A stretch of 63,947 nucleotides of DNA, counting the filler, from an uncultured bacterium (GTDB lineage Bacteria > Hinthialibacterota > Hinthialibacteria > Hinthialibacterales > Hinthialibacteraceae): the NCBI GenBank assembly GCA_964449065.1. It is 3 parts of 3 records of this genome, joined end to end, with 100 filler letters (N's around TTAATTAATTAA, not from the genome) between each part and the next. Parts side by side here need not be neighbours in the genome. Positions count along the whole stretch, not along the records: positions 26,906 to 53,173 come from CAYVAZ010000023.1; 2 more parts are not named here. One strand, written 5' to 3'. How positions within the stretch are numbered: the first letter of the stretch is position 1; every line of letters starts with the position of its first letter. A program made the translations under genes and the position numbers. Below, piece by piece: positions 31,898 to 41,543 of the stretch. Below the pieces are notes generated by a model that did not search any database, was not told the DNA's origin, and was given only the letters and a program-made list of their open reading frames with translations.

Positions 31898-32740
31898 TTA
31901 GTGATGATCGTCATGCGGCACAACGGTTGATATATACAACGTCGTAAGCATGGTAAACACCAGCGCCTGTACGGTCCCCAGCAGCATCGCCACAAACATA
32001 AACGGCAAATGCAGCGGAATGCCGATCCACGGATCGCCTTCAAAGCCGGATGCCAGCATTAAGGCACCAACAATCCCCAATCCAAGCGTCATCATCACGC
32101 CGAGGAGAATATCTTCTCCCAGAATATTTCCAAAAAGCCGGGCAGCCAAACTGAGCGGCTTGATGAATTCTTCCATAATGTGCAGCGGTAAAAATAAGGG
32201 GGTCAAACACCAGCCGATCGGGTCTTTCGGCTCACCCAACAGATGATAAAAATATTTTCCCGGCCCCAAACGGACAAGGGCGGTATATTGACAGAATAAG
32301 AAGACGCAAATCGCCAGTCCCGCGGTCACACAGATGTTGGATGTTGGAGCCCGTAAGAGCGGCACCAACCCCATCCAGTTCATTGTGAAAATAAAAATAA
32401 ACAAACTACCGATAAGAGGAAAATAACGCCGGGCTTCTTTTTCACCCAATATGCCCGCGACGATATCAAAAAGCCCCATCACAATCATTTCCAAAAAGGC
32501 CTGCAACCGGCCGGGGATCAGCGAAAAAGACTTGGCAGCGCGGGTAAAGAAGAAAAAGATGAATACCATACCAATCAGCATGTAAACCTGATAGTTCCAT
32601 ACATAAAGAAAATTAATGATGGCATTATCCTCAAATGCCTCATGCAAAAGATGGATAATATTCGGCAACTCTGGAGGGTGTGCCGCGCCTTCCGCCGCGT
32701 GCGGGGCTGCAGCTTCTGCCAATTCTTTTTCCGCCGCCAT
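31898..32740 (-). CDS. atpB: ATP synthase Fo a subunit
   Basis: KPLSLAARLFGNI, QALVFTML. Confidence 0.96.
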   Translation of the reverse strand: MAAEKELAEAAAPHAAEGAAHPPELPNIIHLLHEAFEDNAIINFLYVWNYQVYMLIGMVFIFFFFTRAAKSFSLIPGRLQAFLEMIVMGLFDIVAGILGEKEARRYFPLIGSLFIFIFTMNWMGLVPLLRAPTSNICVTAGLAICVFLFCQYTALVRLGPGKYFYHLLGEPKDPIGWCLTPLFLPLHIMEEFIKPLSLAARLFGNILGEDILLGVMMTLGLGIVGALMLASGFEGDPWIGIPLHLPFMFVAMLLGTVQALVFTMLTTLYISTVVPHDDHH

Positions 32741-32783
32741 GAATCGTTCCTCAATCTAAATAATCTATATAATAAGTTTCTGT

Positions 32784-33149
32784 CTATTCACCATCCGGCT
32801 GCTTGTAAACACCGGCCAATGCAACAAAGACAATCACCATTACTGGGATATGAAATCCCACAACCGCCCAAAGCAAATCCAGTTTCAAATAGCGAAGCGC
32901 CAAATAGCCCAATCCATATAAAACCGGTAACTTCAGTTGCGCAAACAATAAAATCGGCAACGGACGGTTTTGAAAAAACACTTCTTGAAACAGTTTATAC
33001 AAAACCCAAAGGTTAAGGGTTGACCAGATCCCGCCAACCATCAGTCCCATTGAAGATTCATTCTTACCGGTCATGTACAGCGCCAAACCGGTTATAGCCG
33101 TAATAAATATAGAAACCGGCAACAGACGAACAAAGCGTTCTGGCTGCAC
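32784..33149 (-). CDS. atpI: ATP synthase protein I
   Basis: 4-TM protein directly upstream of atpB. Confidence 0.7.
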   Translation of the reverse strand: MQPERFVRLLPVSIFITAITGLALYMTGKNESSMGLMVGGIWSTLNLWVLYKLFQEVFFQNRPLPILLFAQLKLPVLYGLGYLALRYLKLDLLWAVVGFHIPVMVIVFVALAGVYKQPDGE

Positions 33150-33166
33150 TGAAAACCTACTTCCGG

Positions 33167-33427
33167 CTAAAACGTTTTAAAATTATTGCGCAACCGTTTC
33201 ACGATAAAATACGATTGCCGGACACCGGAAAATACGCCTATGATGACAAACAATAAGCCCAGCCAATTGGTGCCAAAGTACTGATCCAGCCATTTTCCGA
33301 TCCATCCGTAAACAAAGGGAAAAACCGCCAGATAACACGGGATCAAAGAACATTGGCCCGCGGTACGCAGCAATTCGTACTTTTTTTGGCTAGGTTCATC
33401 ATTCATATAAACCCTGGGATGACTCAT
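33167..33427 (-). CDS. AtpZ/AtpI-family small membrane protein
   Basis: GWIGKWLDQYFGT...G motif; first gene of atp operon. Confidence 0.75.
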   Translation of the reverse strand: MSHPRVYMNDEPSQKKYELLRTAGQCSLIPCYLAVFPFVYGWIGKWLDQYFGTNWLGLLFVIIGVFSGVRQSYFIVKRLRNNFKTF

Positions 33428-33798
33428 CCATTCAAAGCATTCGCATTAAATATCATACAATCAGTCGGCTTAGTCAACCCGCCAATGTTAGAATTTGAGT
33501 TTATAAAATTCCTAATTCTGTGTCAACACCTGCAAAGCAGATTTAGATATTTTTTTCACCAATTCAGTCGGGATTTGAACAGTCCGAGTTTATATTGTTT
33601 ATATCCTTTTAACAAAAAGATTGGGAACGAATATCAATATTTCCCAAAAAAGTGTCAATACAATTTATGCGCGACTGTAATACACCCTACGACTTAACAA
33701 CCAACTCATTCGATACAAATGTAAAAATTTGTAATTTGTGCCTCTGATTCTTTTTTTTGTGATACTCTTCTTTCTAATCAATAATAAGGGAGAAAATC

Positions 33799-34491
33799 AT
33801 GGGGAAATTGCTAACCAAATTGCTATCCGCAGCCGGATTCGTGTTCCTCTGTTCATGTGTTTCAACGTTTGGGCAAGATGAAGTTCGTTTGGTTTACGAC
33901 AACCCATTGGATGGACTAAACAAAACCGCAGAAGATCACGGCTTAACAGTCATTCCAGGCGGCTTTCAAAACGCTGAATCGGGATCCACTACTTTTGGCC
34001 AACTACGCGGTATTTTCAGGAGACAATACCAAACTTATCCCTCGTTAAACGCAAAAGCCACCAATGGTGAATTAATGGGAATGAGGATAACAGGAAGCAG
34101 TACCAGAGGGAGCCAAGTAAATGTTGTACTCGGTAAACCGGTTGAAGTTAACCATCTTGCCCTTTTCCGTTTCTATGTATCAGCAGAAGAATACGCCACA
34201 ATCACAATCGGTTTGATTGATCCGGTATTCAATTCATTATTTGCCGCTTCCACTTGGGAATACATCCCTGATGAAGAATCACAGAGCGATTTTAGTGAAT
34301 GGAAATTGATACATGTATTATTTGAACCAAAATCCACTCAAGTGCAGCCATTGATCCAAGTGACTTCTTCATCAAGCAATTGGAGAATATCGTTTGTTTA
34401 CATAGATAATTTGCAGATATACGATGTCCCCAAAGACAGCGAAACCATCAAGGTGTTGTTGGACCATGAGAATCAAAACAGTGAAAATTGA
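33799..34491 (+). CDS. Hypothetical secreted beta-sandwich protein
   Basis: Signal peptide, GGAG RBS; W..IHV.F...QPLIQV...YIDNLQI carbohydrate-binding-module-like pattern. Confidence 0.6.
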   Translation: MGKLLTKLLSAAGFVFLCSCVSTFGQDEVRLVYDNPLDGLNKTAEDHGLTVIPGGFQNAESGSTTFGQLRGIFRRQYQTYPSLNAKATNGELMGMRITGSSTRGSQVNVVLGKPVEVNHLALFRFYVSAEEYATITIGLIDPVFNSLFAASTWEYIPDEESQSDFSEWKLIHVLFEPKSTQVQPLIQVTSSSSNWRISFVYIDNLQIYDVPKDSETIKVLLDHENQNSEN

Positions 34492-34642
34492 AGATGATGG
34501 CAAGTTTTTCTGTATTCCGATTTCTGTTCCTGGTACAATAGCCGAAATGATTTATATTGTGTGTCTGGATTGATTCGCGTATAATCTCCGCTTAAAACGG
34601 AACCACTGATAAACTGAGACAGAGACGGAATGGAGTAAACCT

Positions 34643-34858
34643 ATGCCGATCAGCGATCAACTGTTAGAAATCCTGGCTTGTCCTCAAACCCACGCTCCTG
34701 TGGTATTGGATGGCGAATGGATTGTCTCGACCGATAAAGCCACCCGCAAACGCTACCCCATCAAAGACGGCATCCCGGTTATGCTGATCGAAGAATCCCA
34801 AGAAATGCCCGAAGACCAATGGCGCGAAGTGATGCAGCGCCATAATATCAATGTGTAA
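34643..34858 (+). CDS. Trm112-family protein
   Basis: LLEILACP...YPIKDGIPVMLIEE. Confidence 0.85.
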   Translation: MPISDQLLEILACPQTHAPVVLDGEWIVSTDKATRKRYPIKDGIPVMLIEESQEMPEDQWREVMQRHNINV

Positions 34859-34870
34859 CCGCTGGAAGCC

Positions 34871-36283
34871 ATGACGTTTAACCTTACAGATCTACTCCAA
34901 CAAAACCGCGGCCGCGCCCGGCGGCTAAGCGAAGCCCACGTAAACCCGGTGTTTTGCAATGTGCTTGAGATGATCGGGTTTCAGCACGAATACACCCAGG
35001 GCGAAGGCTGTTATGTCACCGCGGCAGACGGCACCCGATATTTTGATGCCCTAAGCGGTTACGGCGTCTTCAGCATGGGACGCAATCACCCCGTCATCTG
35101 TGATGCCATCCGCCAGGCGGTGGATGCCCAATTGCCCAGCCTTGTGCAGATGGATACCTTTTTGCTCAGCGGTTTATTGGCCGAACGGTTAACGGCAACC
35201 TGCCCGGATACAATTCAACACGCCTTCTTTACCAATTCCGGCACCGAAGCGGTTGAAGGGGCGCTCAAGTTTTGCCGTGCCGCCACCGGCCGTCAGCGCA
35301 TTCTGTTTCAACCCAGCGCCTACCACGGTCTCACAATGGGTTCACTTTCTATCAATGGGGATGAGAGCTTTCGCGAAGGTTTCGGCAGCCTTTTGCCCGG
35401 CGCATCGAAGATCAATTTTGAAAACCTTGAACAACTTGAATCGGAACTCCTCACCGAAAGCGTCGCCGCCGTCGTGCTGGAACCCATACGCGGGAAGGGC
35501 GTGCTATACCCGCAAGATGATAAACTCTACACCAAGATACAAGCCCTGTGCCGCAAAACCGGAACCCTGCTTGTCTGCGATGAAGTCCAATCCGGCTTGG
35601 GGCGTACCGGCAAATGGTGGGCCTTTGAACATTGGAACTTGCAGCCCGATATCATAACCTGCGCCAAAGCCCTGAGCGGCGGATTGGTCCCGGTTGGCGC
35701 GATTCTCTACACCCACGAAATTTACCGCAAAGTCTTCAGCCGCCTGGACCGCTGCGTAGTGCATTCATCTACCTTCGGACAAAACGCGTTGGCGATGGCT
35801 GCCGGTTTGGCAGCACTGCAAGTTATTCAAGAAGAAAACCTCACCCAACTAGCGGCAGAACGCGGAGCCACTCTGATGGAAGGATTAAACCACTTGCAGC
35901 AAAAGCATCAGTTCATCCACGATATCCGCGGCAAAGGGTTGATGGTCGGTATCGAATTCGGTCCTCCAAAATCCCTGATGCTTAAACCCGCATGGAGCCT
36001 GTTGCACGCCGCCGAAAACGGGTTGTTCGCGCAAGCGGTCGTCATGCAGCTGTATAAGAATCACCACATCCTTACCCAAGTAGCCGGCCATCATCAAGAG
36101 GTCATCAAACTGATTCCACCCCTCATCATGACAGAAGATGAAGTCTATCGCATCGTCAACGCGTTGGATGCCGTTTTGCAGGAATGCACCAAGTTTCCCG
36201 GTCCGGTATGGAGTGTCGGCAAGCAACTCGCCGGGGCCGCTGCCAAGCAGCACTGGTTGAAGCATTCCAAACAACACGCGTAA
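34871..36283 (+). CDS. hpnO: Class III aminotransferase, HpnO-like (aminohopanoid synthesis)
   Basis: NSGTEAVE, YHGLT, DEVQSGLGRTG, AKALSGG; VFSRLDRCVVHSSTF and QVAGH segments; adjacent to HpnN-like gene. Confidence 0.75.
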   Translation: MTFNLTDLLQQNRGRARRLSEAHVNPVFCNVLEMIGFQHEYTQGEGCYVTAADGTRYFDALSGYGVFSMGRNHPVICDAIRQAVDAQLPSLVQMDTFLLSGLLAERLTATCPDTIQHAFFTNSGTEAVEGALKFCRAATGRQRILFQPSAYHGLTMGSLSINGDESFREGFGSLLPGASKINFENLEQLESELLTESVAAVVLEPIRGKGVLYPQDDKLYTKIQALCRKTGTLLVCDEVQSGLGRTGKWWAFEHWNLQPDIITCAKALSGGLVPVGAILYTHEIYRKVFSRLDRCVVHSSTFGQNALAMAAGLAALQVIQEENLTQLAAERGATLMEGLNHLQQKHQFIHDIRGKGLMVGIEFGPPKSLMLKPAWSLLHAAENGLFAQAVVMQLYKNHHILTQVAGHHQEVIKLIPPLIMTEDEVYRIVNALDAVLQECTKFPGPVWSVGKQLAGAAAKQHWLKHSKQHA

Positions 36284-36333
36284 CACTGTGTGTGACACTT
36301 GTGTAACACCGCCTGTGACACTGTCTGTGACAC
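36280..36333. repeat. Five GTRACAC direct repeats with 11-12 nt period
   Basis: Copies start at 36280, 36292, 36303, 36315, 36327. Confidence 0.85.
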
Positions 36334-36360
36334 TTTTCTAAATAAAATCCACTCTTATAT

Positions 36361-36390
36361 TTGTTGGTTTATCAATTGTTGGCTTATCAA
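36361..36390. repeat. 15-nt tandem duplication
   Basis: TTGTTGGTTTATCAA / TTGTTGGCTTATCAA. Confidence 0.7.
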
Positions 36391-36422
36391 CACACGCTTT
36401 GAATCTTGTTTGATGGACTGTT

Positions 36423-39110
36423 ATGCGAACTTTCTTGTTTCAGACGATACACCGGTTGGTGACCCATTCTCCATTTTTGGTGATCGCTCTATCCATCCTT
36501 TTGGCTGCCGTTTTGGGCGGGTATGGCGCGGTGTATATGAAGATGGTCACCGACCAGGACCGGCTGCTGTCGGAAGATTTGGATTATCACCGCCGCTATG
36601 AGGATTTCAAACGGCGCTTCGGTGATTTGGAATTTCTTTATGTGGTCATCGAAAACGGGACGGCTGGGGAGAAAATCCGCTTTGCGCAAATGATCGAAAC
36701 CCAATTGCATGCCAGCAAACACATCGAACGGGTGATTTACAAGTTCGACCGCAGTTGGATGAAACCATACGCCCTTTACTACGCTCCGCAAAATGAAATA
36801 GACCGGTTGCAATCAGGAATTCAAGCCAATATTGATAATTTTAAATCCTTGCGGGATACCCCGACCGTTGACCATATTTTATACAATCTCTCTCAATCTC
36901 TCGCGGCCGACCATTCTTCACCTTCTATACAGCCGCGTGAAGATTTAACGCCATTGCTGAATGCCCTCGGTGGAAAACGGGATGCGTCTCTCAAAGACTT
37001 GCTGCGCTTCCCTCGTGAAATCGAACAGGAATTTTCCGGCAACACGGATTATCAATGGCTCGCCGGCAAAGAGTATCTTTTAATGCTGATCATGCCGCAA
37101 AAGGATTACGAAACGCTCGGCGTGGTGGAAGAACCAATCGATGACATACGCACGGCGATCAATGTTGCCGCGTTTGAGATTCCCTCCGTAAAAGCGGGAT
37201 TAACCGGCCGCCCCGCTTTGCAGGCGGATGAAATGCGTACCACCAACCAAGATATGGCCAATGCCAGCCTGATCGCAATTACCGGTGTGTTCATCTTATT
37301 TTCCATCTTTTTCCGTGAGATCATCCGCCCCTTGCTGACGGTGACCGCCTTACTGATCGCCATGGGGTGGACCTACGGCTATGTGGCGCTCACCTTAGGG
37401 CATTTAAATCTGTTGTCGCTGGTGTTCGCGCTGGTGTTGATCGGATTGGGGATTGATTTCGGCATCCATTTTCTGCACCGCTATCAAGAGGAATTGGAGA
37501 AATCCAAAGTCTCCTCCATCGCGGTATTGGGCGCGCTGCATGGCGTCGGCAGCGGCATCATTACCGGCGCGCTGACTTCATCCGTTGCCTTTCTTCTCGC
37601 TCTCTTTACCGATTTCCTTGGCTTGGCTGAGCTGGGGTATGTGGCGGGCAGCGGCATCGTGTTCTGCCTTGTGGCGATGCTTGTGACTCTCTCTGCGTTT
37701 TTGTATTCGTACGACAAACACTTCCGGAAAAAAGAACACGTTCCTACCCCGGTTCATTTGGCCGGCTTGCGGCATGTTTCCAATAAACCTGTGTTGATGG
37801 TCATTGGCATTTGTGTGGTCAGCGCCTTTCTGATTCCGCAGGCAATGAAGGTTCATTTCAATGACAATCTGTTAGAATTGCAGGCGGAGGGATTGGAATC
37901 GGTTGAATATGAGCACAAACTGATTGAAGAGACCGAAGACTCTACCTGGTTTTGCGCGTACCTGCAGGATTCCATCGACGAAATCGAAAGCACCTCCGCG
38001 GAGCTGATGACCAAGCCCACGGTTGCATCCGTCAGCAGTATTGCTGATGTACTGCCTTCCCAACCCAACGAACGCCATACGCAATTAAACGCCATACATA
38101 ATACCATTTCTCCTTTGATCGAAAAACAATATCCTTACGACCCGAATCCGGCGATTTACACCGAATTACGGCAGCGGCTGAATCAACTGTTTTCAACGCT
38201 TCAATCCAAAAAAGAGATGCGGGAACAACTGCGGAACAATCCGGAAATGCCTCCGCGGCAGCGGGAACAACTGCAAGCAGGTATGACCCGAATTCCCGAT
38301 ATCGATGCGGAAGTATTGGATCAACTGAACGCGCTGAAAGAACAACTCAGCGGAACACAAGACGAAATCATGCAGCGCCTGCGAACCGCGAATGAAATCC
38401 TGCTGGAAGAACCGCGGCACGTTTTGAAGGTGATTTCTGAGTATTGTTCACAGCCTCCGCCGCGTGTTGAGGATGTTTCGGAAGACCTGCGCAGCCTGTT
38501 TATCGGCAAAGACGGTTCCTATCTGCTCATGGCGTTTCCAAAATATAACATTTGGGAAACGCACCATATGCGCGACTTTATTGCGGATGTGCGGGAGGTT
38601 TCGGACGATGTCACCGGCACTCCTGTGCAGGTATATGAGTCCAGCCTGTTGATGCGCGACGCGTTTACCACCGTTGGGTTGTATTCGATTCTTGTGGTAG
38701 CGTTATTCGTATTTATTGATTTTCAAACCTTTCGCGCATTATTTTTTATTATGGTCCCCCTGTTGATGGGCGTATTATGGTTGGTGGAAGTTATGGGGAT
38801 TTTTGGCGTGAATTTAAACTTGGCCAACTTCTTTGCCATTCCCATTTTGATTGGGATTGGGGTCGATAACGCGGTGCATTTATACCACCGTTACGAAGAA
38901 ACCGGTGATATCGAAAAAGCGCTTTATACCACCGGTACGACTCTTACTCTTACCACATTAACCACCATGACGGGCTTCGGCAGTTTGATGTTTGCTTCGC
39001 ACAAAGGCCTTGCCAGCTTGGGGGCCTTAATGGCGATGGGATCGGCCACCTGCTGGTTTGCCTGCGTCATTTTTATGCCCGCGTTGATTCAAACGGTGCG
39101 CCGCTCTTGA
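36423..39110 (+). CDS. hpnN: MMPL/RND transporter, HpnN-like (hopanoid export)
   Basis: Two MMPL halves: GLTGRPALQADE, IGLGIDFGIH, ILIGIGVDNAVH; follows hpnO-like gene. Confidence 0.75.
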   Translation: MRTFLFQTIHRLVTHSPFLVIALSILLAAVLGGYGAVYMKMVTDQDRLLSEDLDYHRRYEDFKRRFGDLEFLYVVIENGTAGEKIRFAQMIETQLHASKHIERVIYKFDRSWMKPYALYYAPQNEIDRLQSGIQANIDNFKSLRDTPTVDHILYNLSQSLAADHSSPSIQPREDLTPLLNALGGKRDASLKDLLRFPREIEQEFSGNTDYQWLAGKEYLLMLIMPQKDYETLGVVEEPIDDIRTAINVAAFEIPSVKAGLTGRPALQADEMRTTNQDMANASLIAITGVFILFSIFFREIIRPLLTVTALLIAMGWTYGYVALTLGHLNLLSLVFALVLIGLGIDFGIHFLHRYQEELEKSKVSSIAVLGALHGVGSGIITGALTSSVAFLLALFTDFLGLAELGYVAGSGIVFCLVAMLVTLSAFLYSYDKHFRKKEHVPTPVHLAGLRHVSNKPVLMVIGICVVSAFLIPQAMKVHFNDNLLELQAEGLESVEYEHKLIEETEDSTWFCAYLQDSIDEIESTSAELMTKPTVASVSSIADVLPSQPNERHTQLNAIHNTISPLIEKQYPYDPNPAIYTELRQRLNQLFSTLQSKKEMREQLRNNPEMPPRQREQLQAGMTRIPDIDAEVLDQLNALKEQLSGTQDEIMQRLRTANEILLEEPRHVLKVISEYCSQPPPRVEDVSEDLRSLFIGKDGSYLLMAFPKYNIWETHHMRDFIADVREVSDDVTGTPVQVYESSLLMRDAFTTVGLYSILVVALFVFIDFQTFRALFFIMVPLLMGVLWLVEVMGIFGVNLNLANFFAIPILIGIGVDNAVHLYHRYEETGDIEKALYTTGTTLTLTTLTTMTGFGSLMFASHKGLASLGALMAMGSATCWFACVIFMPALIQTVRRS

Positions 39111-39131
39111 TGCTTATTGGACTTCACTTAC

Positions 39132-39231
39132 NNNNNNNNNNNNNNNNNNNNNNNNNNNNNNNNNNNNNNNNNNNNNNNNNNNNNNNNNNNNNNNNNNNNN
39201 NNNNNNNNNNNNNNNNNNNNNNNNNNNNNNN
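39132..39231. other. Scaffold gap, probably an unmerged overlap
   Basis: ACTTCACTTAC occurs immediately on both sides of the 100 Ns. Confidence 0.85.
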
Positions 39232-39238
39232 ACTTCAC

Positions 39239-41110
39239 TTACTGAACTTCATACGTCACTTCGCCGACATGATCGACCCGGTCAGCACCCTGCCCTTTTA
39301 GCCCAAAGATTCGGAACTTGTAGGTATTGCCGGATTGCGGACCGTCAACATAAATACCTTTGGTATCAAACAGCGGAATATTACTCCAGCGGAAGTAGTT
39401 CACATCGTCCGCGCTGGTTTGTCCGGCAAATTCCGGTTCGCCACCGTTGACGCCGATGAATACGTGATAGTTCCAATAATCGTTGCTGCCCACGTTCCAA
39501 CGAAGAAATAGAGCCTTTTGGTCTTCGCTGTCGGTATCAGTCTTGCCGCCCAGGTCTTCGGTATCAAACACATCATCCGTTACCAAGACTGTCCCTTCCG
39601 GAACGGTGGCTTCCGGCACGGTAAAGACCGGGCTTTCGGCAGAGCTTTCCAGCAAAAACGAGACCGGCTTTGAATGTGTGACCACGTTAAAGCCGTTGTT
39701 GCCGGGTAAGAGCCCAAAGATGCGGAAGCGGTAGGTTTTTCCGAATGAGGGGCCGCCGCTTTGTGCGGAGGCGACAAACTGGCTGCCGGGCCATTCGAAG
39801 CGCTGCACATCGCCGCTGCCGGTACGGCCTAAGAAGAAGTAGCCATAAATATCAACCTGCGCGTACACGTGCCAGTCAGTGATATTGAAATTGTCGGCGT
39901 CCCATTCCACAACCAGTTGGCGGCCTTCGGCGGTATCGAAATCGGTTTGGCCGGTGATATCGGTTGTGGAGTTGGCATCGTCATACACTTTGATGCTGTC
40001 GCGGAAGGTTAACACCAAACCATCGGGACGCGGTGTCGGGGTGGGGCCTTCCGGAGTCGGTGTGGCTGTTGGTCCAGTGGGTGTCGGTGTAAATGTTGGA
40101 GTGGGCGTTAATGTAGGTGTATGTGTCGGCGTTGGTGTGGCTTCTAATTGCGTATTCAAATCCCACAGCCAAATCACACCGTCAAAGTTTCCGGTGGCGA
40201 GTTGTGTGCCGTCCGGTTTGTAGTCGTTGGCGGTATAGGCGCTGCTGTTGGATTGCAAAATCCGTTCGGTTTGGCCGTTGTCTATGTTCCAAATTCGGGT
40301 GGTTAGATCCCAACTGCTGGTGGCTATTTTGTTTTCGGAGGGTGAAAACGCGACCGCAAACACCCAATCGGTATGGCCAGTGAAGGTGCGGACTTCGTTG
40401 CCAGTAGAGGTCTCCCATAGTTTGGCGGTGAAATCCAAACTGCCGGTTAAAACTTGTGTCCCATCATTGGAAAAGGCTACCGAGTTAATATCATCGGTAT
40501 GCCCTGATAGTGAGCGTACTTGGGAACCGTCAGCCGCGTTCCAAATAATGGCGGTATCGTCTTCACCGGCTGTTACGATGAGCGAATTGTTGCTGTTGTA
40601 ACCGGCCGACCAAACACTTCCGGTATGGCCGGTTAATGTGAAGAGCGATTCACCCGTATCTGTATTCCAAATACGTGCTTCACTGTCTTCGCTGCTGCTA
40701 ACAAATTGTGAGCCGTCGGCATTGAAAGCCAAAGACGTAATCGCGCCGAAATGTCCCGTGTAGGTACGAATTTCGTTGCCGCCATTGTCATACAAATGGA
40801 TGGTAGCGTTGTTATCGCCCACCAAAAATTGGTTGCTGTTCGGGACAAAGGCAACCGCGGTGCATTGCGCGGGTTCTAAACTGAAATTGACCAGCACTTC
40901 TTCTGTCGGGATGTTATAAACCCTTACGGTGCCATCCGTGCTGCATGAGAGCAGCCTTGTGCCATCGCCGGAATAATCCAATGACGAGACTTGAGCGGTA
41001 TGCGCGCCGACCACCACATCCGGATCAAAATCCGTTTCTTGCGCGAACGCAGTTCCAATAACTAACACAACAAATAAAGCGATTCCCAAGCACTGTTTCG
41101 ATGAAAGCAT
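39239..41110 (-). CDS. Secreted WD40 beta-propeller + Pro/Thr linker + two copies of an unnamed domain
   Basis: About 7 GH...WD/WN repeats; PTPT linker; duplicated GxTDxD...HV...GPxxGxTYxFRIFGL domain. Confidence 0.85.
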   Translation of the reverse strand: MLSSKQCLGIALFVVLVIGTAFAQETDFDPDVVVGAHTAQVSSLDYSGDGTRLLSCSTDGTVRVYNIPTEEVLVNFSLEPAQCTAVAFVPNSNQFLVGDNNATIHLYDNGGNEIRTYTGHFGAITSLAFNADGSQFVSSSEDSEARIWNTDTGESLFTLTGHTGSVWSAGYNSNNSLIVTAGEDDTAIIWNAADGSQVRSLSGHTDDINSVAFSNDGTQVLTGSLDFTAKLWETSTGNEVRTFTGHTDWVFAVAFSPSENKIATSSWDLTTRIWNIDNGQTERILQSNSSAYTANDYKPDGTQLATGNFDGVIWLWDLNTQLEATPTPTHTPTLTPTPTFTPTPTGPTATPTPEGPTPTPRPDGLVLTFRDSIKVYDDANSTTDITGQTDFDTAEGRQLVVEWDADNFNITDWHVYAQVDIYGYFFLGRTGSGDVQRFEWPGSQFVASAQSGGPSFGKTYRFRIFGLLPGNNGFNVVTHSKPVSFLLESSAESPVFTVPEATVPEGTVLVTDDVFDTEDLGGKTDTDSEDQKALFLRWNVGSNDYWNYHVFIGVNGGEPEFAGQTSADDVNYFRWSNIPLFDTKGIYVDGPQSGNTYKFRIFGLKGQGADRVDHVGEVTYEVQ

Positions 41111-41543
41111 AATAATCTCTCCCTTACCCTATACGGTTCAACATCCAAATATAAATGAATACGGAAAAAACGTCCATAATTTTTCTAAAAAGACATCCTT
41201 CCATTTGCGTTGCCTTTTGCCCCCCCCCATCTGTATACAAAATTTGGCGTGAACTGTAAAGCGGTATCTGTCCCGTCATTCGCCGGGGATACCGGCTGCA
41301 AGGCCGGGGGCATTCATCAGTCAAAAAAAGGGGAGGACTAAACCGATAATGGGACCATTGAAAGAGATTTCTTGGATGCTTTTCCATTAATTTTGTTGCG
41401 CCTTGTTCGACTGCTGCTTTACAGATAAACAGCCATTTCCGTTTAAAACGCCCTGTAAATCTTTTCCGAAATGCTGCGCTAATCCTTTCTCTTCGTCCCG
41501 CTACCTCTACACTCTCAACTATCGATCTCTACCAAATTAGACC

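Noticed and set aside
36280..36333. CRISPR array
   Set aside because: 7-nt repeats with 4-5 nt spacers; no cas genes and no CRISPR-sized repeat-spacer array seen in the window
39107..39301. ORF spanning the N gap and duplicated ACTTCACTTAC
   Set aside because: Scaffolding artefact (unmerged overlap)
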